NCBI GenBank assembly: GCA_963719505.1
Contig: CAVRCF010000001.1
Coordinates: 544,001 to 608,000 of the forward strand
DNA length: 64,000 nucleotides
Source of the DNA: Halobacteriovoraceae bacterium
GTDB lineage: Bacteria > Bdellovibrionota > Bacteriovoracia > Bacteriovoracales > Bacteriovoracaceae
Direction: 5' to 3'
Shown here: positions 54,867 through 64,000 of the stretch, in pieces
Numbering within the stretch: position 1 is the first letter of the stretch
Layout of the letters: the number at the start of each line of letters is the position of its first letter
Program-made: the position numbers and the translations under genes
The notes under the pieces: model-generated
The model's database searches: none
Seen by the model: the letters and a program-made list of their open reading frames with translations, nothing else
Told to the model about the DNA's origin: nothing

Positions 54867-56444
54867 ATGCTTTTAGTTTACGCAGAGAAAATTTTTCATT
54901 TTATGATATTCCTAGGTCCCTTAGTTTTCTTTCATGAGCTCGGACACTTTCTTTTTGCGCGCTTAGCGGGAGTGAGAGTTGAGGTTTTCTCCATAGGGTT
55001 CGGACCTAAAATTTTTAGAAAAAAATGGGGACAAACAGAATATGCGTTGTCTCTGATTCCACTGGGTGGCTATGTAAAAATGTTCGGAGATAATCCTTTG
55101 GATGATGCTGAACTCACAGAGGAAGAAAAAAAGGTCGCATTTACTCATAAGTCTAAATGGAGACGGTTTTGGATTGTCTTTGGCGGACCTTTAGCAAACT
55201 TTATCTTAGCTTATGTTATTTATTTCTTTTTGGTTGTTAGTGGTGAAAAAGTTCCAGAGGCTAGAGTTGGAATTGTTCCTGAAAACTCTGATTACTATTC
55301 CTTAGGACTACGCTCAGGTGACGTCTTGAAAAAAATCAATGATTCTCGAATTTTAAGTTTTGACGACCTCAATATGATCGATACCAATGTTAAATCAATT
55401 ACGGTTTTCAGAAGAGGTGAGAGTGTTGAACTAGAAGTTAATACAAATGGTATTGAATTCATTCAAAACTTCTCAAAAATACGTTCTGGTTTGCGTGCGC
55501 CTATTGTTCTCAATCAAAAAGGTGAGCAGTTTTTTATATCCTTCGATGGTAAATCGGATTTCTACCTTTCTTTAGATAACCTAAAAGAAGAGCAGGGGAG
55601 AGCCTTTGAGTTAACTCCTATTATTTCTGATGTTGAACAACTTAAGAGGATTGAAGATATTGAGCTTGACTCGAATAAGTCTATAACCTTTACAGCAGCT
55701 AGTTCTGAAAGTGTTTTCAATACCCTTGTTAAAAAAGGTTATTACCCTAGAGATTTAGTGATCGAAAATGTTCTTATGGGCTCAGCAGCTGATAAAGCCG
55801 GCTTAAATAAGGGCGATATTATTTCCAAAGTTAATGGAAAAAATATTTTAAGCTTTGATGGATTGAGAAAAGAAGTTCTTGAAAGTGGTGACGGTGAAGC
55901 CATCACTGTCACTGTTCTTGAGAAAGGCAAAGAAGTTAAAAAGAGTCTGATACCTGAGATCGTTGATCAAGGCGGTCAGAAGATAAAAGCAATTGGTGTT
56001 CAAAGTGGGATCGTTTTTCTTCCTCTCAAGATGGTTGAATATAAGACAGATGGATTTTTTGCTGCAGTAGCAATGGCTTATCATAGAACTGTTGATGGGA
56101 TAGCTAAAACATTTGATGGATTTAAAAAACTAATTTTAGGCGAGGTCTCACTTAATAATCTTGGTGGTCCTTTAACTATTGGGAAGGTTGCTTCTGATTC
56201 ATTTAATGTTGGAGCCTCAATGTTCTTGAGACTTATGGCAATCATTTCTATAAATTTGGGTCTCATAAATTTATTCCCAATACCAGTTTTGGATGGCGGA
56301 CATATTGTTTTTCTTATTTTAGAGGCCATTAATGGTGGACCACTATCTAAGAAAAAGGTTCAAATTGCTCAACAGGTTGGAATGTCGATGTTGTTTCTTT
56401 TAATTTTTGTTTCATTATTTAACGATATATCTCGACTTTTTTAA
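54867..56444 (+). CDS. rseP: RIP metalloprotease RseP
   Basis: HELGH, GGYVKM, PDZ-like domains and NLFPIPVLDGG. Confidence 0.96.
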   Translation: MLLVYAEKIFHFMIFLGPLVFFHELGHFLFARLAGVRVEVFSIGFGPKIFRKKWGQTEYALSLIPLGGYVKMFGDNPLDDAELTEEEKKVAFTHKSKWRRFWIVFGGPLANFILAYVIYFFLVVSGEKVPEARVGIVPENSDYYSLGLRSGDVLKKINDSRILSFDDLNMIDTNVKSITVFRRGESVELEVNTNGIEFIQNFSKIRSGLRAPIVLNQKGEQFFISFDGKSDFYLSLDNLKEEQGRAFELTPIISDVEQLKRIEDIELDSNKSITFTAASSESVFNTLVKKGYYPRDLVIENVLMGSAADKAGLNKGDIISKVNGKNILSFDGLRKEVLESGDGEAITVTVLEKGKEVKKSLIPEIVDQGGQKIKAIGVQSGIVFLPLKMVEYKTDGFFAAVAMAYHRTVDGIAKTFDGFKKLILGEVSLNNLGGPLTIGKVASDSFNVGASMFLRLMAIISINLGLINLFPIPVLDGGHIVFLILEAINGGPLSKKKVQIAQQVGMSMLFLLIFVSLFNDISRLF

Positions 56445-57047
56445 ATGCATCTCTACTTAGATACTACATTTGGAGTCACCGTTGGATTGTTAGATGAAGA
56501 TTTTAAGTGGCTTTATTATACATTCTCTGATGAGAAAAAAAGTTCGACTATTATTCACAGTCAGATTAATCAAGCTCTAAGCGGTGCTTCACTTGAGATT
56601 TCAAAATTGTCGAGCGTTATCTGTGTTGCAGGTCCAGGTTCCTATACAGGAATGAGAGTTTCAAAAGGCATAACAGATGTTTTGGAGTGGCAAGGAATAG
56701 AGGTCTACTCTTTTTACCAGTACGATGTCCCCCTTCTTGTCGATCGTTCTGAGGGAATTTGGTTTTCAAATGCCTTTAAGGGAGAATATTTTCTCCATGA
56801 GTTTAAAGGTGATAAAGCTTCACAAAAACTGGTAGAAAAAAGTAAAGCTCTCGAAAAAATAAATGATTCGGATATTCCTATATTCTGTCTTAGAAATGAG
56901 GAAGGAGAAAACTTTATTTCGACACAGTCATTGATACACGAAAATAGTGAAATGCTTTTTAAAAAGGTAGTCGATAGAAAAATGAAACGTGAATTGTTTT
57001 ATTACAGAGGTTTAGATCAGGAGTTCTCAAAGGCCAAAGCTCAATGA
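56445..57047 (+). CDS. tsaB: tRNA t6A biosynthesis protein TsaB
   Basis: LDTT N-terminus and GPGSYTGMR motif. Confidence 0.85.
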   Translation: MHLYLDTTFGVTVGLLDEDFKWLYYTFSDEKKSSTIIHSQINQALSGASLEISKLSSVICVAGPGSYTGMRVSKGITDVLEWQGIEVYSFYQYDVPLLVDRSEGIWFSNAFKGEYFLHEFKGDKASQKLVEKSKALEKINDSDIPIFCLRNEEGENFISTQSLIHENSEMLFKKVVDRKMKRELFYYRGLDQEFSKAKAQ

Positions 57048-57685
57048 ATAGATTCTTTATCAACTCTGATAATTACCATAAGCTAGTTATCATAAGCTTT
57101 TGTGTGCTCTTTTTGTTGCCGTTTAAAATTTTTATTTTATGGTCGATCTTTATTTCGGCTTTTCTTTTGTTATTTAAGAAAAACAAAGTCATCGTGAAGG
57201 ATGCACTGACAAACTCTGATGATATTGTCATCACTCCAATTACGGGCACTATAAAAAACATTGAAAATGGAAATGGTAGTGTCAGATATCTAATTGCGTC
57301 ACCCTTTTATGGAAACTTTGGTTTATATTTTCCCTCCTCTTCAACAATCGAGAAATTTGAAACTAAGGTAGGAGAAAAAATTCAAAGAGTTGGCAGGACC
57401 AATAAAATTTCTCAAGATGCAGACAAAGTTGAGTTAAGCTTTGTAAATAAAACTGGTAGGAAAGTTGGTATTAATATATATAGGTCTCTTCTGAGTGGAA
57501 AGCCGCATGTATGGCCTAAAGTAGGTGACAAGGGACGCGTGAGTGCGAACTTTGGTTTTCTCCCTTTTGGTGGCATCGTTGAGGTTATCATTTTTGGAGA
57601 ATCAAACCAGCTTGTTAGAAACGGAGAGAAGGTTTTGTCGGGCTCAACCCCATTAGCAGGACTGAAAGGAAATAGTAATGAATGA
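57044..57685 (+). CDS. Phosphatidylserine decarboxylase-like protein with degenerate active site
   Basis: N-terminal TM, ITPITG, FGFLPFGG and GEKVLSGSTPLA match the PsdA layout; directly upstream of pssA. Confidence 0.6.
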   Translation: MNRFFINSDNYHKLVIISFCVLFLLPFKIFILWSIFISAFLLLFKKNKVIVKDALTNSDDIVITPITGTIKNIENGNGSVRYLIASPFYGNFGLYFPSSSTIEKFETKVGEKIQRVGRTNKISQDADKVELSFVNKTGRKVGINIYRSLLSGKPHVWPKVGDKGRVSANFGFLPFGGIVEVIIFGESNQLVRNGEKVLSGSTPLAGLKGNSNE

Positions 57686-58442
57686 TAAAAAATTTGCATT
57701 TTTTCTGCCAAATATTTTCACGGCCATGAATATTGGTTGTGGATTTGTCGCTATAATGCTGTCAATGAATGGTGAGTTTTACAAAGCGTGTATGTTTATA
57801 TTTTTGGGAGCTATTTTTGACTCTGTTGATGGTCGTGTAGCGCGACTGACGGGGACAAGCTCAGCATTCGGAGAGCAGTTTGATTCAATGAGCGATTTGA
57901 TCTCATTTGGTATGGCTCCGGCGATAATGTTCTATAACCGTTTTCTTTATGATTCAGGAAGGCTAGGAATGGTTATAGCATTTCTTTATCTTTTATGTGG
58001 AGCCTTAAGGCTTGCTAGATTCAACGCTAATATTTCAAAGGTAGAGTCTAATTACTTCCAAGGACTACCAATTCCGGGAGCGGCAATTGCCGTTCTTAGT
58101 TTTATTTTAGTCTCACTTGTTTATCCAACACTTTTTGTTAATAAGTACATTGCTGGACCATATATAATATTTTATGCACTTCTGATGATTTCAAATGTGC
58201 CCTTTCCATCTTTTAAAGGTTCACCTTGGGTAAAAAACAATAGAAAAAAAGTTCTATTTATTATCTTTCTTACGGCCTCTTCCCTTTTTGTTTATGAAGA
58301 AGTAATGATTCCAATCATCATTTCACTTTATGTGATTGGATCTATTGTCTACGTTATCATGCATAAAGAGCAGTTTGATGGAATCTTTGATTGGGATGAA
58401 AATGTCGATAAAAAAGTAGAACAAGACTCTAGTGGAATCTAA
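57678..58442 (+). CDS. pssA: CDP-diacylglycerol--serine O-phosphatidyltransferase
   Basis: LPNIFT, DSVDGRVAR...G..FDSMSD.ISFG, RLARFN and FQGLP. Confidence 0.94.
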   Translation: MNDKKFAFFLPNIFTAMNIGCGFVAIMLSMNGEFYKACMFIFLGAIFDSVDGRVARLTGTSSAFGEQFDSMSDLISFGMAPAIMFYNRFLYDSGRLGMVIAFLYLLCGALRLARFNANISKVESNYFQGLPIPGAAIAVLSFILVSLVYPTLFVNKYIAGPYIIFYALLMISNVPFPSFKGSPWVKNNRKKVLFIIFLTASSLFVYEEVMIPIIISLYVIGSIVYVIMHKEQFDGIFDWDENVDKKVEQDSSGI

Positions 58443-59202
58443 TTATTATAGACTAACGATTGAGTTTAAAGGAACACGCTTCTTTGGGTGGCAAAAGCAA
58501 AAAGACTTTTGCCCTACGGTGCAAGATGACTTAGAAGCGGCATTAAAGAAAATTTTCAAAACACAAGAAATCAAATCCATTGGATCAGGAAGAACGGACA
58601 CAGGTGTTCACTCTCTTGGGCATATTGTTAAAGTCTGTGTTCCTTTTGAAATTGAAGAAGAAAGCTTAAAAAAAGCTTTAAACTCAAACCTTTCTCAAGA
58701 TATTCGGGTCAAGTATGTCCAAAGATGTGAGAAAGATTTTAGACCGACAAATGATGCAGTCTCAAGAGAGTATATTTACCTGTTTTCTAATTTAGACAGC
58801 CCTAATGCATTCCAAACAGACTTCATTCCAAATATCTCTCATAAACTTGATATTACAAAGATGCAAAAAGCGTGTTCCCTCTTTATTGGAGTCCATGATT
58901 TCAAAAACTTCTACTGCACAGGTAGTCAAATAAACTCTACACAACGAGAGATTTATGACTGCTCGTTATCTTACACGGATCTTAACTTTCATAATATTCT
59001 ACCCTCACACTACGAGTTAAAAATCGAGGGATCTGGTTTTCTAAAACAGATGGTCCGATTAATAGTAGGCACAATATGGCAAGTTGGTAGAGGAAAAGTG
59101 TCCCTAGAAGAACTTGAGAGTGAACTGCGAACTCCAGGTGTTAAAAAGCTCGGTATTACCGCCCCAGCTTGTGGTCTATTCAAAACGAAGGTTAAATATT
59201 AG
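58432..59202 (+). CDS. truA: tRNA pseudouridine(38-40) synthase
   Basis: FGWQKQ, GRTDTGVH, GVHDF and FLKQMVR. Confidence 0.95.
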   Translation: MESNYYRLTIEFKGTRFFGWQKQKDFCPTVQDDLEAALKKIFKTQEIKSIGSGRTDTGVHSLGHIVKVCVPFEIEEESLKKALNSNLSQDIRVKYVQRCEKDFRPTNDAVSREYIYLFSNLDSPNAFQTDFIPNISHKLDITKMQKACSLFIGVHDFKNFYCTGSQINSTQREIYDCSLSYTDLNFHNILPSHYELKIEGSGFLKQMVRLIVGTIWQVGRGKVSLEELESELRTPGVKKLGITAPACGLFKTKVKY

Positions 59203-59226
59203 GGAGCGTTTGGGCAAAGCTTTCCT

Positions 59227-59255
59227 TTGACTTTCAGTGTAATTCTAGCTACTTT
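59227..59255 (+). promoter_or_regulatory. Sigma70 promoter of tig
   Basis: TTGACT-N17-TACTTT. Confidence 0.55.
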
Positions 59256-59312
59256 CAACTACTTTTTTAATAATATTAAACGCGGTGCGCGTAACAGATA
59301 AATGAGGTCCAG

Positions 59313-60596
59313 ATGTCTTATACAATTGAAAATATCAACGGTTGCACGAAAAAACTTTTATTTAATTTCGATGGAGTTGATCTTGCTTCACAAATCGATT
59401 CAGTACTTAAAGAGAAGCAAAAGTCTTCTAACCTTAAGGGGTTTAGAAAAGGTAAAGCTCCTATGGGTATGGTAAAGCAAGTATACGGAGCCCAAGCTGA
59501 GAATGATGCTCTTTACAGATTTGTTTCACAAGAATTTTATAAGGCTCTTCAAGAAGAAAAGTTAAATGCTGTAGGCTATCCAAGCTTTGGAAATACAAAC
59601 TTCGAAGATGGGAATAAGGTATCGTTCGAGGCGACTGTAGAAATTTTTCCAGAATTTCAACTAGCGGACTTTTCAAAATATGAATTCAAAAAAGAAGATG
59701 AAAAAGTTTCAGAAAAAGATTTAGCTGATCTTAAAAAACAATACTTAGAGCCAAAATCTGAGATGGTAGAAATCAAAGATGAGAAAGCGAAAATTGAAAA
59801 TGGCACGTTCGCTGTTTTTAACTTCGAAGGTGAAAAAGAAGATGGTGAAAAGCCAGACAATATGAAGGCTGAAGAATTTTTACTTGAGATTGGATCAGGT
59901 CAGTTTATCCCTGGTTTTGAAGAGGGAATGATTGGGTTAAAAAAAGGTGACAAAGAAACAATCGAAGTTACTTTCCCAAGTGACTATCATGAAGAAAATC
60001 TTCAAGGAGCTAAAGTAAAGTTTCATGTTGAGATCCTCGAACTTAAAGAGAAAAAAGTTCCAGAGCTTACAGACGAATTAGCAAAAGAGTTTGGCTTTGA
60101 ATCAGCTGAGGACTTCACAGCAAAAAATAAAGACCGATTAGTGGCTTCCAAGAAAAAAGAAGTTCAAGGAAAGCTACAAGAAGATATCTTAAAGAAACTA
60201 ATTGAAGATAATAAATTTGATGTTCCAAATGCACTTATTGAATCTCAAAAGAAAAGTGTTCAAGAAGAGTTAGCTGCGAACCTTAAACAACAGGGCTTCA
60301 ATGAGGATATGGTTAAAACATATTTTGAAAAATGGGATATGGATGTAACAGCGAAAGCTGAGTTTCAAGTAAGATCAGGCCTTATCCTCGATAAGCTGTC
60401 AAAGCAATATGAAGTTGAAGCAACAGATGCTGACTTCGATCTTAAGATTGAAGAAATGGCCACTCAGTCAGGAATGGATAAGGAGCAAATCGCTTCTTAT
60501 TACAAGTCTAACGAGCAGATCAAGGGAAATATCATGTATGCTATTCGCGAAGAAAAGACATTTGATAAGTTGATCTCAGAAATGAAAGTAAAATAA
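59313..60596 (+). CDS. tig: Trigger factor
   Basis: GFRKGKAP ribosome-binding motif and FKBP-like GSGQFIPGFEE. Confidence 0.97.
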   Translation: MSYTIENINGCTKKLLFNFDGVDLASQIDSVLKEKQKSSNLKGFRKGKAPMGMVKQVYGAQAENDALYRFVSQEFYKALQEEKLNAVGYPSFGNTNFEDGNKVSFEATVEIFPEFQLADFSKYEFKKEDEKVSEKDLADLKKQYLEPKSEMVEIKDEKAKIENGTFAVFNFEGEKEDGEKPDNMKAEEFLLEIGSGQFIPGFEEGMIGLKKGDKETIEVTFPSDYHEENLQGAKVKFHVEILELKEKKVPELTDELAKEFGFESAEDFTAKNKDRLVASKKKEVQGKLQEDILKKLIEDNKFDVPNALIESQKKSVQEELAANLKQQGFNEDMVKTYFEKWDMDVTAKAEFQVRSGLILDKLSKQYEVEATDADFDLKIEEMATQSGMDKEQIASYYKSNEQIKGNIMYAIREEKTFDKLISEMKVK

Positions 60597-61655
60597 TCAA
60601 TAAAGCTCAGGCCCTCCATATCGGAGGGCTTTTTTTTTGCAAATCACCTCCCAAAAAGATTCTCGAAAATTTCTTTTGCAAACTCTATTAAAATAAAAAT
60701 ATTTGTCACGTGAAATCTTTAGTACCATTGAAAGATCTGGCTGAGACGCCAAGTAAGAAGGGTTTGAAATCTCACTACTGGCAACATGAATCGGGCTAAA
60801 ATGAAGAAAAATTAAAACTCCGATAAACCTTTTTTTAGAAAATCCAAAGTTCGCTAATAAAAAAAGAACAATAACAGAGAATGAACTATAAAAGTTTAGA
60901 AAGCTAAAAGTCTCTGAAGTAAAGATGATAGTCTCGTTAAAAAAATAGATGAAGTGATTTGATAGATCATAAATCCAAGTGAAGTTAAAAACCCAGAAAT
61001 TTAAACTGAGAAGAGGAAACACACTGCTGAAGATACCTGTGAGCATTGGATTGACAAAAAGACCGAGAAAGTTAAGCTCTTGTTCTAAAAAGAACGATAT
61101 TAAAAGCTGAGTTGTAAATAAGTTACAAAGAAGCTTCGTTTTCGTTTCGGAAAAAATAATTGTCCCCCAGCAAAGAAAACTAAAAGAGAAGCTCATAGGA
61201 CTTAGGGTATATCCGCCGAAAATTAAGTCGAACAAAAATGTTAATATAAATGAGGCTTTGGTCTTTTTCGTTAATATTTTGAAAAGGTGAAAATAGATAA
61301 TTCTTTTTAAAGAGTAAAATCCCACAATATAAAAAGAGATAATAAGGAGTGGGACATAAATAACCAATCGATACTTTCCTCGAACAAAGAGAAATATGAG
61401 GATGAGGATTGAAGAGAGATGAATACCGGAAGGTGTCATGAGGTGCAATAAACCGAAAACCCTATAGCTCTCTTTTAAATTTCTAGAAACCTCTTTTTTA
61501 TTACCTGTTTGGGTTGCAATTAAAATTGACCGCTCATTCCTTTTCCAGTTTTTAAGCTCTTCCTTTTGAAAGGAAGTTCTTTTTTTAAAAGGAGATTTTT
61601 CCGTTGGAAGACATAAAAGAAAACTAGAAAAAATAAAAATGAGTACCACTTTCAT
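60597..61655 (-). CDS. ComEC/Rec2 competence-domain membrane protein (short, divergent)
   Basis: GLLHLMTPSGIHL resembles the ComEC HxxxxSGxH motif; SFSFSF; many TM helices. Confidence 0.7.
   Translation of the reverse strand: MKVVLIFIFSSFLLCLPTEKSPFKKRTSFQKEELKNWKRNERSILIATQTGNKKEVSRNLKESYRVFGLLHLMTPSGIHLSSILILIFLFVRGKYRLVIYVPLLIISFYIVGFYSLKRIIYFHLFKILTKKTKASFILTFLFDLIFGGYTLSPMSFSFSFLCWGTIIFSETKTKLLCNLFTTQLLISFFLEQELNFLGLFVNPMLTGIFSSVFPLLSLNFWVFNFTWIYDLSNHFIYFFNETIIFTSETFSFLNFYSSFSVIVLFLLANFGFSKKRFIGVLIFLHFSPIHVASSEISNPSYLASQPDLSMVLKISRDKYFYFNRVCKRNFRESFWEVICKKKALRYGGPELY
60610..60638 (+). terminator. Terminator after tig (inside the 3' end of the convergent gene)
   Basis: GCCCTCC-N5-GGAGGGC followed by T9. 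Confidence 0.8.
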
Positions 61656-61783
61656 ATTAGGTCTCGCATTCAAGGATTGTGTAAGTCGGAACGACACAAC
61701 CTGTTGATATTACGAAGTCTCGTCGCGATGCAAATTGTTGATTTGACCCTGAAATAATGCTAAAAATCACCAAAGGATACACA

Positions 61784-62635
61784 ATGACACTAAACTCTAG
61801 AGCTTTGGAAGAGTATTTCGCTGGCTTCTTCAAAGAAGACGATCTTTCCAGAAATTTTCACTACCTAAATTCTCTTCCAAAAGAGATGGTGTCCTGTCAG
61901 TTAAAGTTTAAGGATGACCTTGTTATCTCCGGGCTTCCCTATTTCTTTGAGGCTTTTAACTATTTGATTCCCGGATGTATAAATTATGAAGAATTTCTAA
62001 TCAATGAAGGCAGAACGGTTCAAAAAGAAGAGAAGTTCGAGCTACTCTTTGATCTTCCCTTTAATCTTGTTTTAACGGCTGAGAGAATTGCTCTAAATCT
62101 TTTGCAAAGGTCTTCTTCAATAGCAACTCACACAAATAGATTTACTTCTGTGGCGAGCAAAAAAGGTATCTCTATTCTAGATACTCGAAAAACAACACCG
62201 GGTCACAGAGGTCTTGAAAAATACTCTGTGCAAATTGGCGGTGGTAAAAATCATCGTTTTGGACAGGCAGACTGTTGGATGGTTAAAGATAATCACAAGT
62301 CATTTTTTGTTGGTGTTGATAAAGCCATTAATTATTTTGAGAATATGAATTCATTTTACACGCCTTTGATTGTAGAGGTTCATTCAATTGAAGAGATTGA
62401 TGAAGCCATAGTTGCCGGAGCAAAACATCTCATGTTGGATAATTTTACACCTAAGCAAATTGAAGAGGCGATCAAGTTTAAGAAGGACCATATTACCTAT
62501 GAAGTCTCTGGCGGTATTACCTTAGATTCTTTGGAGAGTTATCTCATCGATGGTGTTGATGCCATTAGCTGTGGGTCTTTGACTTACGGAGCTCCTCATG
62601 TGGATATCTCACTAAAATACCAAAGAAAACTATGA
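61784..62635 (+). CDS. nadC: Nicotinate-nucleotide diphosphorylase (carboxylating)
   Basis: ERIALN, DTRKTTPG, NHR, KDNH, MLDN and EVSGG. Confidence 0.96.
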   Translation: MTLNSRALEEYFAGFFKEDDLSRNFHYLNSLPKEMVSCQLKFKDDLVISGLPYFFEAFNYLIPGCINYEEFLINEGRTVQKEEKFELLFDLPFNLVLTAERIALNLLQRSSSIATHTNRFTSVASKKGISILDTRKTTPGHRGLEKYSVQIGGGKNHRFGQADCWMVKDNHKSFFVGVDKAINYFENMNSFYTPLIVEVHSIEEIDEAIVAGAKHLMLDNFTPKQIEEAIKFKKDHITYEVSGGITLDSLESYLIDGVDAISCGSLTYGAPHVDISLKYQRKL

Positions 62636-64000
62636 GCGCAAATACTTACGATATTCTCGTTATTGGTTGCGGAGTAGCAGGTCTATCTTGTGCTATCAAA
62701 CTAGCTGAAAAAAACTTGAGTGTTGCGATCATAACTCGTGATAAAAAACCTGAAGAAACAAATACTCTTTGGGCGCAGGGAGGAATCATCTATTCCAAAG
62801 ATGATGATAAGTTGATTTCTGATATCGAAGTTGCGAGTGCTATGACATCTAATCCTTTGGCGGCAGAGATTTTACAAGCAGAATCACCAAGGATTTTGGA
62901 AGAACTTCTTTTTGAAAAAGCTAAAACCTCTTTTGACCGAGATGATAACAATGGCCTTTTATTTACCAAAGAAGCCGCTCATTCAAAGGCGAGAATTATT
63001 TATAAAGGAGATTACACTGGGAAAGAGATTCAGATTTCACTTTTGAATTTTTTAAATGATAAATCAAGATTTCCAAATGTGAGTTTTCTAACAAAGCATA
63101 CTGCAATAGATCTTATTACTCCTAATCATCACGGTGTTTCCATTAAGCAGCGCTACGAGCCTCATCAGGTTTTGGGGGCTTATGTTTTTGATCAGGAAAG
63201 TGGACAAGTTAAAAAAGTATTAGCAAAAAAGACCGTTCTTGCAACAGGAGGAATTGGTGCTTTGTATTTACATAACTCAAATAATGAAGGTGCTAGAGGA
63301 GATGGACATGCAATGGCCGAAAGAGCTGGTGCTTATATTTCCAATATGGAGTTTATTCAATTTCATCCAACAACATTTTTTTCAGAGAATGTTCACCGAC
63401 GCTTTTTAATATCAGAAGCCGTAAGAGGCGAGGGAGCTATTTTAAAGAACTCCAAAGGTGAGAGGTTCATGCAAAACTATCATCCGGATGCAGAGCTTGC
63501 TCCCCGAGATGTTGTTTCTAGAGCAATCTTAGCTGAGATGATCAGGTTAAAAGATGACTGTGTTTACCTCGATATTTCTTCAAAGCCCAAGGAGTGGCTT
63601 GAACAAAGATTTCCAACGATTTTCAAATATTGCCTAGATCACAAGGTGGATATCTCAAAAGAAGCTATTCCGGTTGTTCCTGCTGCTCATTATACTTGTG
63701 GTGGGGTAAAGACTGACTTGGTTGGAAGAACGAACCTTCCCCATCTTTATGCCGTGGGGGAAGTTGCCAATAATGGACTTCACGGGGCCAACAGACTTGC
63801 CTCAACTTCACTGCTTGAGGGGTTAACATTTGGTTATAGGGCAGCAGATGATATTTCTAAGTCACTGGACTTTTGTGATTTTTATGATGAAACAAAAATT
63901 AGAGATTGGAGAGTCGGCGGTGAAGAGCTTGACCTGGGACTCATCTCACAAGATATACAAACAATAAAGCAGACAATGTGGAACTACCTTGGCTTAAAGA
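62632..64000 (+). CDS. nadB: L-aspartate oxidase (partial; runs off the window edge)
   Basis: MSANTYDILVIGCGVAGL, WAQGG, QFHPT, SEAVRGEG, LAPRDVV, HYTCGG and HGANRLASTSL. Confidence 0.95.
   Translation, partial: MSANTYDILVIGCGVAGLSCAIKLAEKNLSVAIITRDKKPEETNTLWAQGGIIYSKDDDKLISDIEVASAMTSNPLAAEILQAESPRILEELLFEKAKTSFDRDDNNGLLFTKEAAHSKARIIYKGDYTGKEIQISLLNFLNDKSRFPNVSFLTKHTAIDLITPNHHGVSIKQRYEPHQVLGAYVFDQESGQVKKVLAKKTVLATGGIGALYLHNSNNEGARGDGHAMAERAGAYISNMEFIQFHPTTFFSENVHRRFLISEAVRGEGAILKNSKGERFMQNYHPDAELAPRDVVSRAILAEMIRLKDDCVYLDISSKPKEWLEQRFPTIFKYCLDHKVDISKEAIPVVPAAHYTCGGVKTDLVGRTNLPHLYAVGEVANNGLHGANRLASTSLLEGLTFGYRAADDISKSLDFCDFYDETKIRDWRVGGEELDLGLISQDIQTIKQTMWNYLGLK

Overview
This AT-rich bacterial chromosomal window most likely comes from a predatory Bdellovibrionota (Bacteriovoracaceae/Halobacteriovorax-like). 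That assignment is inferred from gene content and synteny, not from a database search. In order, the window holds: the 5' part of greA, a UbiB/ABC1 kinase, a GNAT, two short flagellins, an RmlD-like SDR and a probable 6S RNA; a Tad/Flp pilus cluster followed by a YD/RHS-repeat gene and a small secreted protein, which matches the layout of the Bdellovibrio hit locus (Bd0109/Bd0108); an accessory block of secreted proteins (di-haem and mono-haem c proteins, a Cys-less thioredoxin-like protein, and two sigma54-driven paralogous ~60 aa peptides), several sharing a similar C-terminal tail; a CheY/CheX-like pair, lon, glmU-glmS-pcrA-mtnA-ppx, a thiolase and a cyclophilin; a complete rrn operon (tRNA-Ala, 16S, tRNA-Ile, 23S, 5S); an intact IS66-family element with TIRs and an 8-bp TSD; and ftsK, rpsB-tsf-pyrH-frr-uppS-cdsA-rseP-tsaB-psd-like-pssA-truA-tig, a comEC-like gene and nadC-nadB. 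Clustered frameshifts in rpsB, tsf, pyrH, lon and the YD gene are most likely sequencing or assembly indels. The best candidate for an undescribed system is the hit-like and secreted-protein block at 15.6-23.9 kb with its shared C-terminal motif.
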